Source: an uncultured Gammaproteobacteria bacterium
GTDB taxonomy: Bacteria; Patescibacteriota; Patescibacteriia; Patescibacteriales; UBA12465
Length of the DNA: 49,246 nucleotides
Direction: 5' to 3'
Assembly: GCA_964355275.1 (NCBI GenBank)
Contig: CAYHCB010000008.1
Span: forward strand, 1 to 49,246
The notes beneath the pieces are model-generated. The model was not told where the DNA came from and made no database searches. It saw only the letters and a list, made by a program, of their open reading frames with translations. Position 1 is the stretch's first letter. The number at the start of each line of letters is the position of its first letter. Shown here piece by piece: positions 17,412 through 25,828 of the stretch. The position numbers were made by a program, and so were the translations under genes.

Positions 17412-19190
17412 ATGCCACAACGAAAAAAACAATTACTAGACTTACTTAAAATTCATTTTGGTTATGAATCTTTTCGTCCTGGGCAGGAAGAGGCAATTGA
17501 TTATATTTTAGCTGGTCACAGCGCTGTCGTTATTTTACCAACTGGTGGTGGCAAATCAATGATTTATCAGTTACCTGCTTTAATTTTTGACGGTATTACT
17601 TTAGTGGTCTCACCACTGATTGCTTTAATGAAGGATCAGGTTGACTCTTTAGATCGCGTAGGAATTCCCTCTACATTTATTAATTCTTCTCTGTCACCAC
17701 AAGAGAGTGAAAATCGTTTAAGAAAAATAAAAGAGGGTTATTATAAAATAATTTATATTGCCCCAGAACGTTTTTATAATGCCGCGTTCATGGCTGATTT
17801 AAAAAATTTGAAAATAAATTTATTTGCGATTGATGAGGCTCACTGTATAAGTCAGTGGGGACACGATTTTCGTCCCAGCTATTTACGTTTAAAAGAGGTT
17901 ATTAAATTAATCGGATCTCCAATAGTAGTAGCCCTAACAGCCACCGCCACACCGGAAGTAAGAGAAGATATTGCCAAACAACTTAACTTAGTTAATCCGA
18001 ATTATGTAATTAGTGGTTTTGCTAGACCAAATTTACAAATGGCCGTAGTCCAGGCTAGTAGTAGTCAAAAAACCCAATATATTTTAGATGCCTTAGATAA
18101 TAATAATTTAGGGTCAGGTATTATTTATGTTGGCACCAGATCAAAGGCCGATGAGTTAGCTGATTTGCTTATTGAGCGCAATATAAAGGCCGTGGTTTAT
18201 CACGCCGGAATGGATGCTAGTAGTAGAGATTGGGTACAAAATAGTTTTATGAGGGGCGAGGCCCAAGTGGTAATTGCGACTAACGCTTTTGGTTTAGGTA
18301 TTAATAAAAAAGATATTCGTTTTGTTATTCATCATGATTTGCCAGGAACTATTGAGGCTTATTATCAAGAGGCTGGTCGTGCTGGCCGTGATGGTAACCC
18401 TAGTTTTTGTTTATTATTTTATTCTCCACAAGATAGATATTTGAGAGAGTTTTTTATTAAGGGTGATAATCCGGCGCCGAATATAATTATGGAAATTTAT
18501 AATTTGCTAGTTGATTGGTCGGATCGTAATTTAGCAATCGGCGAAGATTCTGTTTTAATTACTTATTCCGAAATAACCCAAAATTTATCTGACCGGGTTC
18601 CGGAAATGGCCATCGGTACAGCTTTAAAAATTTTAGAAAAAGAGGGTTATCTATCGCGGCCTAATGAAAAAAACTCTAATGCTTTTCTAAAGGCTAAGGT
18701 GGACTCTTTAACTATGATTGAGTTATCCGGTAAAAGGGCTAAAGTGCAAATAGAAATTATAAGTTTACTTTTTGAAAGGTTTGCTAATAATTTTCAAACT
18801 GGTTGGGAACTTAATTTAGAAGAAGTCGCTAGTATTATTGGGGTAAAAAAAGATTCGCTAGGTAGAGCTATAAAAAAATTAATGGAAAAGGATTTAGTAG
18901 AATATCGTCCACCATTTCGTGGTACAGAAATTAAGATTTTAAAAAGAGTTGCCCCAGAAGATTTAAATTTAGATTTTAAAGCCTTGAGAAATAAAGCGGA
19001 CAGAGCTTATGAGAAACTTGATGAAATGGAACAATATGTTTTTCAACTCGGTTGTCGCCAGCAGTATATTTTAAAATATTTTGGCGATCTTGATGCTAAG
19101 GATTGCGGGCAATGTGATAATTGTCTAAAACTTAAGAAAGTAAAAGATGCTGGTGGGAGTGATTATCGTTATAAACAATATTTAGGTTAA
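17412..19190 (+). CDS. recQ: ATP-dependent DNA helicase RecQ
   Basis: FGYESFRPGQEEAI, PTGGGKS, IDEAHCISQWGHDFRP, and the Zn-finger CRQQ...CGQCDNC. ATG at 17412 is preferred over the TTG at 17406. Confidence 0.9.
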   Translation: MPQRKKQLLDLLKIHFGYESFRPGQEEAIDYILAGHSAVVILPTGGGKSMIYQLPALIFDGITLVVSPLIALMKDQVDSLDRVGIPSTFINSSLSPQESENRLRKIKEGYYKIIYIAPERFYNAAFMADLKNLKINLFAIDEAHCISQWGHDFRPSYLRLKEVIKLIGSPIVVALTATATPEVREDIAKQLNLVNPNYVISGFARPNLQMAVVQASSSQKTQYILDALDNNNLGSGIIYVGTRSKADELADLLIERNIKAVVYHAGMDASSRDWVQNSFMRGEAQVVIATNAFGLGINKKDIRFVIHHDLPGTIEAYYQEAGRAGRDGNPSFCLLFYSPQDRYLREFFIKGDNPAPNIIMEIYNLLVDWSDRNLAIGEDSVLITYSEITQNLSDRVPEMAIGTALKILEKEGYLSRPNEKNSNAFLKAKVDSLTMIELSGKRAKVQIEIISLLFERFANNFQTGWELNLEEVASIIGVKKDSLGRAIKKLMEKDLVEYRPPFRGTEIKILKRVAPEDLNLDFKALRNKADRAYEKLDEMEQYVFQLGCRQQYILKYFGDLDAKDCGQCDNCLKLKKVKDAGGSDYRYKQYLG

Positions 19191-19191
19191 A

Positions 19192-19887
19192 ATGAAAATT
19201 GACGAGCAAAATAGATTACTTAAAATAGTTCGCGATAACTATCAAGAAATTGCTAGTCAATTTAATGTAACTAGAAAAAAACATGGCTGGCCAGAACTAG
19301 AAGAGCTCACTAAGAATATAAAGTCCGGTGATAATATTTTAGATGTTGGTTGTGGCAACGGTAGATTACTTGACGTTCTTGTTGGTAAAAAAATTAATTA
19401 TCTAGGCGTTGATAATAGTCAAAAATTAATAGAAATAGCAAAAAATAATTATCCTAATTTTAATTTTTTGGTAGCTGATATTTTAGAATTAACAAAAGTA
19501 ATTAATAAAAAATTTGATTATATAATTCTAGTAGCTGTTTTTCACCACTTACCTGGCCAGGAGTTAAGACTAAAAGCTTTATCTCAGTTAAAACAATTGC
19601 TTATTGAAGATGGGCAAATTATTTTTAGCGTTTGGCGTTTGTGGAATAAATTAAAATATCGTAAGTATTTAATTAAAACTGTTTGGCAAAAAATAATCGG
19701 TAAAAGTCAGCTAGAAGTTGGTGATATTTTATTCCCTTGGAAAAATAGTCGAGGTGAGATAGTTAGCGAAAGATATTATCATGCTTTTACTAAAAGAGAA
19801 CTTAAGCAACTTTTAAATAAGGCGGGATTTAAAAATTTTAAACTTTATAGCGATAAATATAATTATTGGGTTGTTATAAATAAGTAA
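19192..19887 (+). CDS. class I SAM-dependent methyltransferase, Trm9/ALKBH8-MTase-like
   Basis: Blocks NYQEIASQFNVTRKKHGWP, LDVGCGNGRLL, VAVFHHLPGQELRLKAL, DILFPW, RYYHAFTKRELKQ and NYWVV parallel yeast Trm9 as recalled from memory. Confidence 0.65.
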   Translation: MKIDEQNRLLKIVRDNYQEIASQFNVTRKKHGWPELEELTKNIKSGDNILDVGCGNGRLLDVLVGKKINYLGVDNSQKLIEIAKNNYPNFNFLVADILELTKVINKKFDYIILVAVFHHLPGQELRLKALSQLKQLLIEDGQIIFSVWRLWNKLKYRKYLIKTVWQKIIGKSQLEVGDILFPWKNSRGEIVSERYYHAFTKRELKQLLNKAGFKNFKLYSDKYNYWVVINK

Positions 19888-19892
19888 CTATC

Positions 19893-19922
19893 TTGACACC
19901 CATTGGGGGTGTATGCTATTGT
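19893..19922 (+). promoter_or_regulatory. promoter with embedded GC-rich palindrome (candidate CsoR-type operator)
   Basis: TTGACA at 19893-19898 and tattgt at 19917-19922. ACACCC-attgg-GGGTGT (19896-19912) occupies the spacer. Confidence 0.55.
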
Positions 19923-19931
19923 TAGTTTATT

Positions 19932-20168
19932 ATGAAAACAGAAGAACAAAGAATCAATAATATAATTGGTCAGCTTGAGGGGGTTAAAAAAATGTTTAAA
20001 TCTGATGGCAAAGATTGTTTTGCTTTAATTATTCAACTTAAAGCAATTCGCTCAGCCATGTCATCACTAATGACCAAGGTGATTACTAAAGAAATGGACT
20101 CCTGTTTTTTAGGTAAAGAAAAACAACAAGATAAGATAGCAAAAATACTTAAAGAAATAATTAAATAA
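19932..20168 (+). CDS. CsoR/RcnR/FrmR-family (DUF156) metal- or thiol-sensing repressor
   Basis: INNIIGQLEGVKKM start and an all-helical 78 aa. Cys29 and Cys58 are at CsoR ligand spacing, with Glu54 at the His position. Confidence 0.8.
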   Translation: MKTEEQRINNIIGQLEGVKKMFKSDGKDCFALIIQLKAIRSAMSSLMTKVITKEMDSCFLGKEKQQDKIAKILKEIIK

Positions 20169-20175
20169 TAATTTT

Positions 20176-20505
20176 ATGTCACAAGCAAAAGACGTTAGTC
20201 GAGATAGCTTCGAAAGTGAAGTTTTAAAAAGTGAGTTGCCTGTTTTAGTTGACTTTTGGGCTCCTTGGTGTGCCCCTTGTCGAATGATGGCACCAATTCT
20301 TGATGAATTATCAGCCGAGCTTAGCAGTAAACTAAAGATTGTTAAGGTTAATACCGAAGAACACAATAATCAGGATTTAGCCATAAAATATGAAATCCAA
20401 AGCATCCCTAATATGAAACTTTTTAAGAACGGGTCAGTTATTGGAGAATTTATTGGTTTACGCAATAAAGAAACTTTAAAAGAAGAATTAGAAGCCTTAC
20501 TATAA
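20176..20505 (+). CDS. trxA: thioredoxin
   Basis: VDFWAPWCAPCRMMAP active site, 109 aa. Confidence 0.9.
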   Translation: MSQAKDVSRDSFESEVLKSELPVLVDFWAPWCAPCRMMAPILDELSAELSSKLKIVKVNTEEHNNQDLAIKYEIQSIPNMKLFKNGSVIGEFIGLRNKETLKEELEALL

Positions 20506-20518
20506 AATAGTTAAAGTT

Positions 20519-20556
20519 TAAAAAAAGACGAGAGTTTAACTCTCGTCTTTTTTTTA
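20519..20556. terminator. bidirectional intrinsic terminator
   Basis: A-run, 9-bp stem agacgagag/ctctcgtct, T8 run. Confidence 0.8.
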
Positions 20557-20573
20557 TAGCCATTTATATAATA

Positions 20574-21560
20574 TTATTGAGCGCAACCAGCGGCAGCTGT
20601 ACCACTAGCAGTTCCTTCACCGAATCCAGCTGATGGAGAGGCTGACGATAAAACAGTCTCACATTCTTTTGGTGGGGTGTTAAAAGCAGAACAAACAGCT
20701 GCTAATAAACTAGCACTATCTCGACCGCTTGAAACGTCAGTACCATTAATAATTAAAGTTGGTGATCCGCCAACGTTATATTTTGTGTTATCTTCTTTAT
20801 TAACATTAAATCCTGGAAAAGTTCCACGGAAATCGGTATTACTTTTAAAATTAGCAGTTACTTTAAATTGAGTATCAGCTTTAGCAACACAGGCTTCGTT
20901 TTTAGCAGTATCAACACCAGTGCTTGTTAAACAAGATGCGCTATCGCTAGCTTTTAAGAAACAAGTAAGATAGGCGTCAAATTTTGAAAGTTGTTCTTTT
21001 TGAATACAATATTGAACTAAATTTTCTTTCAATTCTTTTTCTCCGTGCATAGCGTAGTCACAGAATTTTAATTCAAAATCTATTTTATTACCAAGAGCTT
21101 TTACTACTGGTAACATTCCTTTTTCAATTTGGGTTCCGTATGGGCAGTAACTCATAACAAATAACTCAACTTTTGGTTTGTCATTTTTAGGTACATTAGT
21201 CGGGGTGCTAGCGGTGTCAGTACCAGCACTATCAGCATTAGCGGTGGATGGGGTTTTAGTTAACTCATCCATATCTAAAGCTTGAGGAAAAAATAGTTTT
21301 CCGTCTGGAGAAATGTAAGAATCTACATTTTGGTCAGCGCCGATATTAACTTTTACTTTGTAAAGTCCATAAGACTCTGTTAAATCAGAGATGGTTGCCT
21401 TGCTACCGCCCTGCATTAAATAGTTGTTAACAAAATTTTCAACTTTTATTTTAGCCGCTTCTGGCTTCATGGTATCCTTATTTGTATATAAGGCAATCCC
21501 TAATCCAATAGCTATTAACACAACTAGAGCTACTGAACCGAAAATGATTCTTTTTTTCAT
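20574..21560 (-). CDS. membrane-anchored thioredoxin-fold (DsbA-like) protein
   Basis: N-terminal TM segment. ELFVMSYCPYGTQ sits at the position of the CxxC motif, followed by several further Cys pairs. Confidence 0.55.
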   Translation of the reverse strand: MKKRIIFGSVALVVLIAIGLGIALYTNKDTMKPEAAKIKVENFVNNYLMQGGSKATISDLTESYGLYKVKVNIGADQNVDSYISPDGKLFFPQALDMDELTKTPSTANADSAGTDTASTPTNVPKNDKPKVELFVMSYCPYGTQIEKGMLPVVKALGNKIDFELKFCDYAMHGEKELKENLVQYCIQKEQLSKFDAYLTCFLKASDSASCLTSTGVDTAKNEACVAKADTQFKVTANFKSNTDFRGTFPGFNVNKEDNTKYNVGGSPTLIINGTDVSSGRDSASLLAAVCSAFNTPPKECETVLSSASPSAGFGEGTASGTAAAGCAQ

Positions 21561-21640
21561 ATCGTTTTTTTAATTAATTTTTTTTTAATTATTTGTTTAT
21601 TATAACGGAAAGACAAAATCTCGTCAAAAAAAGAATAACA

Positions 21641-22411
21641 CTAGTTTGTCTTTTTTAAAAAATTACTTAATTCAGTCGGTAATTCAATATTAAATGTTTG
21701 TTTTTCCTTGTTTAGATCTTTAAAACTTAATTCACTGGCAACTAGAAAAATCCGACCAAGGTTTATTTTTTGGTTTCTAACTTTAGTTTTTTTAGTAAAA
21801 TAAAGAGGGTCACCTAGCAGTGGATGTCCGTATGCATATAAGTGAACTCTTATTTGATGAGTGCGACCAGTTTTTATTTTTACTTCTAAAAGAGTGTAGT
21901 TTATATAACGTTTTATAACATTAAATTCAGTAATTGCTTCCCTTGATTCTTCTTGTGCTCTTAAAGTTCCTCGGTCACGATTATTTGGTTTGTTTTTATC
22001 GGTAATTGCTTCAGAACTAGTTGGCAGGGCGGCCATTTTATAACCATCGTGGGCTCGTTTTATTGGAAAATTAATTATATCTTCATCTTTATTTATATGA
22101 CCGTAAGCTAAGGCAATATATTTTTTTGTGATACGACGATTTTTAAATTGTTTTTTAAAATGATCAAAAGATTTTTGATTTTTAGCAATTACCATTAATC
22201 CGCTCGCCTCTTTATCTAAACGATGAACTAAACCCGGTCTTAGTGGGTCCTCTCCAACATTTTCTATAAAAGGATAAAGCTTGCGTAACCAATCAGTTAA
22301 AGCTGGCTCTGTTATTCCGGGTCCACCATGAACAATTAGCCCGGCCGGTTTATTTATAATCAAATAATCTTCGTTTTCAAAAATAATAATTGGCTCTAAT
22401 TTTTTTTCCAT
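21641..22411 (-). CDS. RluA-family pseudouridine synthase
   Basis: HRLDKEASGLMVIAK with the catalytic Asp, and GRTHQIRVHL. Confidence 0.85.
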   Translation of the reverse strand: MEKKLEPIIIFENEDYLIINKPAGLIVHGGPGITEPALTDWLRKLYPFIENVGEDPLRPGLVHRLDKEASGLMVIAKNQKSFDHFKKQFKNRRITKKYIALAYGHINKDEDIINFPIKRAHDGYKMAALPTSSEAITDKNKPNNRDRGTLRAQEESREAITEFNVIKRYINYTLLEVKIKTGRTHQIRVHLYAYGHPLLGDPLYFTKKTKVRNQKINLGRIFLVASELSFKDLNKEKQTFNIELPTELSNFLKKTN

Positions 22412-22415
22412 ATAT

Positions 22416-23861
22416 TTATAATAAATTTTTTTTATTTAATAAAAGACTTAAATCTTTTTTTGTTATTCCTTTAATTAAGTAAAGGCTAGAAAAATATATA
22501 AAGACACCTAAGCTAGCGCTAAGAATTAAGCCAATCCAAGTAGAGTAAAAGTTTTCTGGCAAATAATAAAAAACTAACCACATTACAAATGAGGCGATTA
22601 CCGTTTTTGTAAATATTTTAAAATTAGGAATAAATTTAGTATAACGCCAAACCGTGTAAGCCGAGAAAAAGGCAATTACTAGTTCACTATAAATTGTTAT
22701 AGCAGCCGCCCCATAATAAGAGAAGCGCGGTATAAAAATTAAATATAAAATAATTGAACTTACGCTAACAAAAATATAAGCACTTATCATTTTTTTCTGT
22801 TTGTTAATGGCTATTACAGCGTGAGCAAACATACAACCTAAAAAAATAGCAGCTAAAGCAAAAATTAATATTTTTAAAATTAAACTACTATCTAAAAAAT
22901 CTTTACCGGCTACTAAAACTATTAGCGGACCAGCCAGCACCAGAGTTCCTGCTATAATTGGTATAGAAAAAATAGCCATTAAATCAAAAGACTTTTGTAA
23001 GACTGTGTTAAAATAATCTTTTTTTTGTTCAAACCATGATGATGTTAAGATTGGCAAAATAATTCCGGCAAACATAAATGGAAGGGTTGTTAACACGTCA
23101 ATAATACGATAAGCGGCGCCGTATAAACCAACTTCCTCAGGGCTTTTTATAAGAGACAAAATTAACGTATCCGTTTTAAGATATAATAGATTAAGAACAA
23201 TCGTAATCGCTAGTGGCCAACTTTTATTTATTATTTCTTTCCATAACGAAAAATCAAAGGCTGGTTTTAAAATAATAAAATCAGTTGCCAAGATATAAGA
23301 AATAAAAAAGTTTAACCCAGCTGAGGCGACGGTTGCAAAAAGCATGCCGTTTAGGCCGTAATTAGAAATTATAGCGAACCAGATACCAAATACTAGTAAT
23401 ATTCGACTAGCCGTTTCGGCTATTACCGCCTTATCCATCCGTAATTTTTTTTGAAATAAACCAATTATTACTTGGCTTAAAGCGGGAAATAAAAATGAAG
23501 CTGTAATAATTAAAATTCCTGTTTTAACTTCAGCGGAATATGGTGAAAATATAGCAATGATTGGGGCTAGGCTTAAAAAAATAACAATTGAAACTAAACG
23601 TAAACCGAATAAATTATTTAATATTTTATTTTCATTAATACCGGGGCGACTAATCATTTGTGCTGTTACCAGCGTTAGTCCTAAGTCACCGATAATTGCA
23701 AAAAAAGAAACAAATGTAATAATTGTTGTGTAAGCCCCAAAGCCAGCTTGTCCGAGATAACGAGCCATCATGGCTAGCGAAATAAGTCCTAGAATTGTGG
23801 AAATTACTTTACCGGCTAATTGTATTATTGTATTATAAGCGATTTTTGATGATAAATTCAT
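22416..23861 (-). CDS. MOP-superfamily oligosaccharide/polysaccharide flippase (Wzx-like)
   Basis: About 14 predicted TM segments, with the N-terminal pattern typical of polysaccharide biosynthesis flippases. Confidence 0.7.
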   Translation of the reverse strand: MNLSSKIAYNTIIQLAGKVISTILGLISLAMMARYLGQAGFGAYTTIITFVSFFAIIGDLGLTLVTAQMISRPGINENKILNNLFGLRLVSIVIFLSLAPIIAIFSPYSAEVKTGILIITASFLFPALSQVIIGLFQKKLRMDKAVIAETASRILLVFGIWFAIISNYGLNGMLFATVASAGLNFFISYILATDFIILKPAFDFSLWKEIINKSWPLAITIVLNLLYLKTDTLILSLIKSPEEVGLYGAAYRIIDVLTTLPFMFAGIILPILTSSWFEQKKDYFNTVLQKSFDLMAIFSIPIIAGTLVLAGPLIVLVAGKDFLDSSLILKILIFALAAIFLGCMFAHAVIAINKQKKMISAYIFVSVSSIILYLIFIPRFSYYGAAAITIYSELVIAFFSAYTVWRYTKFIPNFKIFTKTVIASFVMWLVFYYLPENFYSTWIGLILSASLGVFIYFSSLYLIKGITKKDLSLLLNKKNLL

Positions 23862-23933
23862 GAGTTTGTGTTTTGATTTTTTTTTACGTATAATAAGAAT
23901 AGCCTTTTTATAATTATATTATATCAAAATAAT

Positions 23934-24374
23934 ATGCTTCTTGCTAAAAAATATTTTCTGTCATTTTTAATTATCGCTTCATTGGGGATTTTGCAATTTA
24001 ACATGATCTCCGGTATTAAGCCAGTTCAAGCCGACGCCTCGTTACTTGCCACCCAAGGTTTACTTAAACAGTCCGCTGCCCCCGTCTATGGGTCAACTGC
24101 CCCTAAAGATATAAAAATAATTGCGCTTAAGATGTTGGCTACAATTTTGTCTTTTTTAGCTATTTTAACTTTAGCCTTGCTTTTATTTGCTGGATTTAAA
24201 TATATGACTTCCGGTGGCGACGAATCTAAGATAAAAGAAGCCATGGGGCAAATTAAGGCATTAATTGTTGGTTTAATTATAATCTTATCTTCTTGGGGAA
24301 TTACCATGTATGTTCTTCGGGTTTTAATTTGTACTACCACAACCTCAGGTACCTCATGTAATACCTTTTGGTAA
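23934..24374 (+). CDS. TrbC/VirB2-like two-TM pilin family protein (CPR-type T4SS pilin)
   Basis: Signal peptide, then LLLFAGFKYMTSGGDESKIKEAMGQIKALIVGLIIIL, a two-helix hairpin pattern. Confidence 0.45.
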   Translation: MLLAKKYFLSFLIIASLGILQFNMISGIKPVQADASLLATQGLLKQSAAPVYGSTAPKDIKIIALKMLATILSFLAILTLALLLFAGFKYMTSGGDESKIKEAMGQIKALIVGLIIILSSWGITMYVLRVLICTTTTSGTSCNTFW

Positions 24375-24376
24375 TT

Positions 24377-24404
24377 TTGACAAAAATTAACTATTTGCTA
24401 TAAT
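24377..24404 (+). promoter_or_regulatory. sigma70 promoter (TTGACA-N16-TATAAT) upstream of nusA
   Basis: TTGACA at 24377-24382 and TATAAT at 24399-24404. Confidence 0.65.
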
Positions 24405-24492
24405 CACTATAAAGCTAGTTGTTAATCACAATTAGCTTTTTCTATAAATATAAGTAAAAAGACAATTTAATAAATACTCATTTTTAACTATT

Positions 24493-25755
24493 ATGTCTGA
24501 ATTATCAAACGCCATTAAACAGGTGTGTGAAGAAAAAAATTTGGAATACGGCGTCGTCGTTTCCACTATTGAACTTGCGTTAGCCGCAGCTTATCGCAAA
24601 GATTATGGTGAAAAAAATCAAAATATTAAAGTAAAGTTTGACGTTCAAACTGGTAAAAGTGAAATTTTTGATATAAAAACTGTAGTTGCTGATTTGCCAG
24701 AGCAAGAAGAGGCGGAAATGTTACAGCGTTTATATGGGCCACAAGATAGAAACTCTAAAGACGAAGTAGTTTACGTAGAACCAGAGCTTGATGCTGAGGG
24801 AAAAGAAGTTCGTAAATTTAATCCCAAAACAGACATTCAATTAAAGGAGGCTAAAATTTTAAAATCAACTGTGAGCGTTGGTGATGAACTGGTTACTGAT
24901 TTACCAATTCCTGATAGTTATGGAAGAATGGCAGCTCAAACCGCTAAACAAGTTATTATTCAAAAATTACGTGAAATGGAACGCGATATGATTTTTGATG
25001 AATTTAAAGATAAAGAGAAAGAGGTTGTTTCAGGAATTGTTCAGCGCCGTGAAGGACGCCTAGTTTTTGTTGATTTAGGTAAAGCAATTGGTATTTTACC
25101 AGCTGAAGAACAAATTTACGGTGAACGTTATAATGTTTCTGATCGCGTTAAAGTATATATAAAAGAAGTAAGGGAGGGTCATAAAGGACCAGAGATTATT
25201 TTATCACGACGCAGTGATGAAATTTTACGTAAGATTTTTTATTTAGAAATCCCCGAGATTGCTAATGGTTTAGTTGAGCTTAAAGCAGTTGCTCGTGAAG
25301 CTGGATCTAGGTCTAAGGTGGCCATTTGGACGGAGGCAGAGAATGTTGACCCAGTTGGTTCTTGTGTTGGTCAACGTGGCGCTAGAATTCAGACTATAAT
25401 TTCTGAATTAGGGGGCGAAAAAGTAGATATTATTGAATATAGTGAAAATCCGGCTAAATTTATTGCCAACGCCTTGGCCCCAGCTAAAATTTCTGATATT
25501 GAATTAATAGAAAAAGATCACAAAGCTATAGTTAAAGTGGCGCCTGATAAATTATCACTTGCAATTGGTAAGAGTGGTCAAAATGTTCGTTTAGCTGCTC
25601 ACTTAACTGGCTGGAAGATTGATATAATTTCCGCCGACGCCAGTGGTGAAATAATTATTGATAGTGAGGATCCGAAAATTGCCGAAGAATTTGAAGAAAC
25701 AGCTCATGTTGATGCTGAAGAGGCCGCTGATTTTGAGAAAGAGTTGTCTGAGTAA
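24493..25755 (+). CDS. nusA: transcription termination/antitermination factor NusA
   Basis: N-terminal domain, S1 domain (VSGIVQRREGRLVFVDLG) and two KH domains (GSCVGQRGARIQ, AIGKSGQNVRLA), with an acidic tail. Confidence 0.9.
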   Translation: MSELSNAIKQVCEEKNLEYGVVVSTIELALAAAYRKDYGEKNQNIKVKFDVQTGKSEIFDIKTVVADLPEQEEAEMLQRLYGPQDRNSKDEVVYVEPELDAEGKEVRKFNPKTDIQLKEAKILKSTVSVGDELVTDLPIPDSYGRMAAQTAKQVIIQKLREMERDMIFDEFKDKEKEVVSGIVQRREGRLVFVDLGKAIGILPAEEQIYGERYNVSDRVKVYIKEVREGHKGPEIILSRRSDEILRKIFYLEIPEIANGLVELKAVAREAGSRSKVAIWTEAENVDPVGSCVGQRGARIQTIISELGGEKVDIIEYSENPAKFIANALAPAKISDIELIEKDHKAIVKVAPDKLSLAIGKSGQNVRLAAHLTGWKIDIISADASGEIIIDSEDPKIAEEFEETAHVDAEEAADFEKELSE

Positions 25756-25779
25756 TTTAATAAAATTTAAATAAAGTGT

Positions 25780-25817
25780 CGGACTTATCACTCTTAATTA
25801 TTAAGACTGATAAGCCG
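25780..25817 (+). promoter_or_regulatory. long imperfect hairpin immediately upstream of the hppA start codon
   Basis: cggacttatcactcttaat / attaagactgataagccg. The arms pair over about 17 bp with two bulges, and there is no T-run. Confidence 0.4.
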
Positions 25818-25828
25818 TTCTAAGATTT

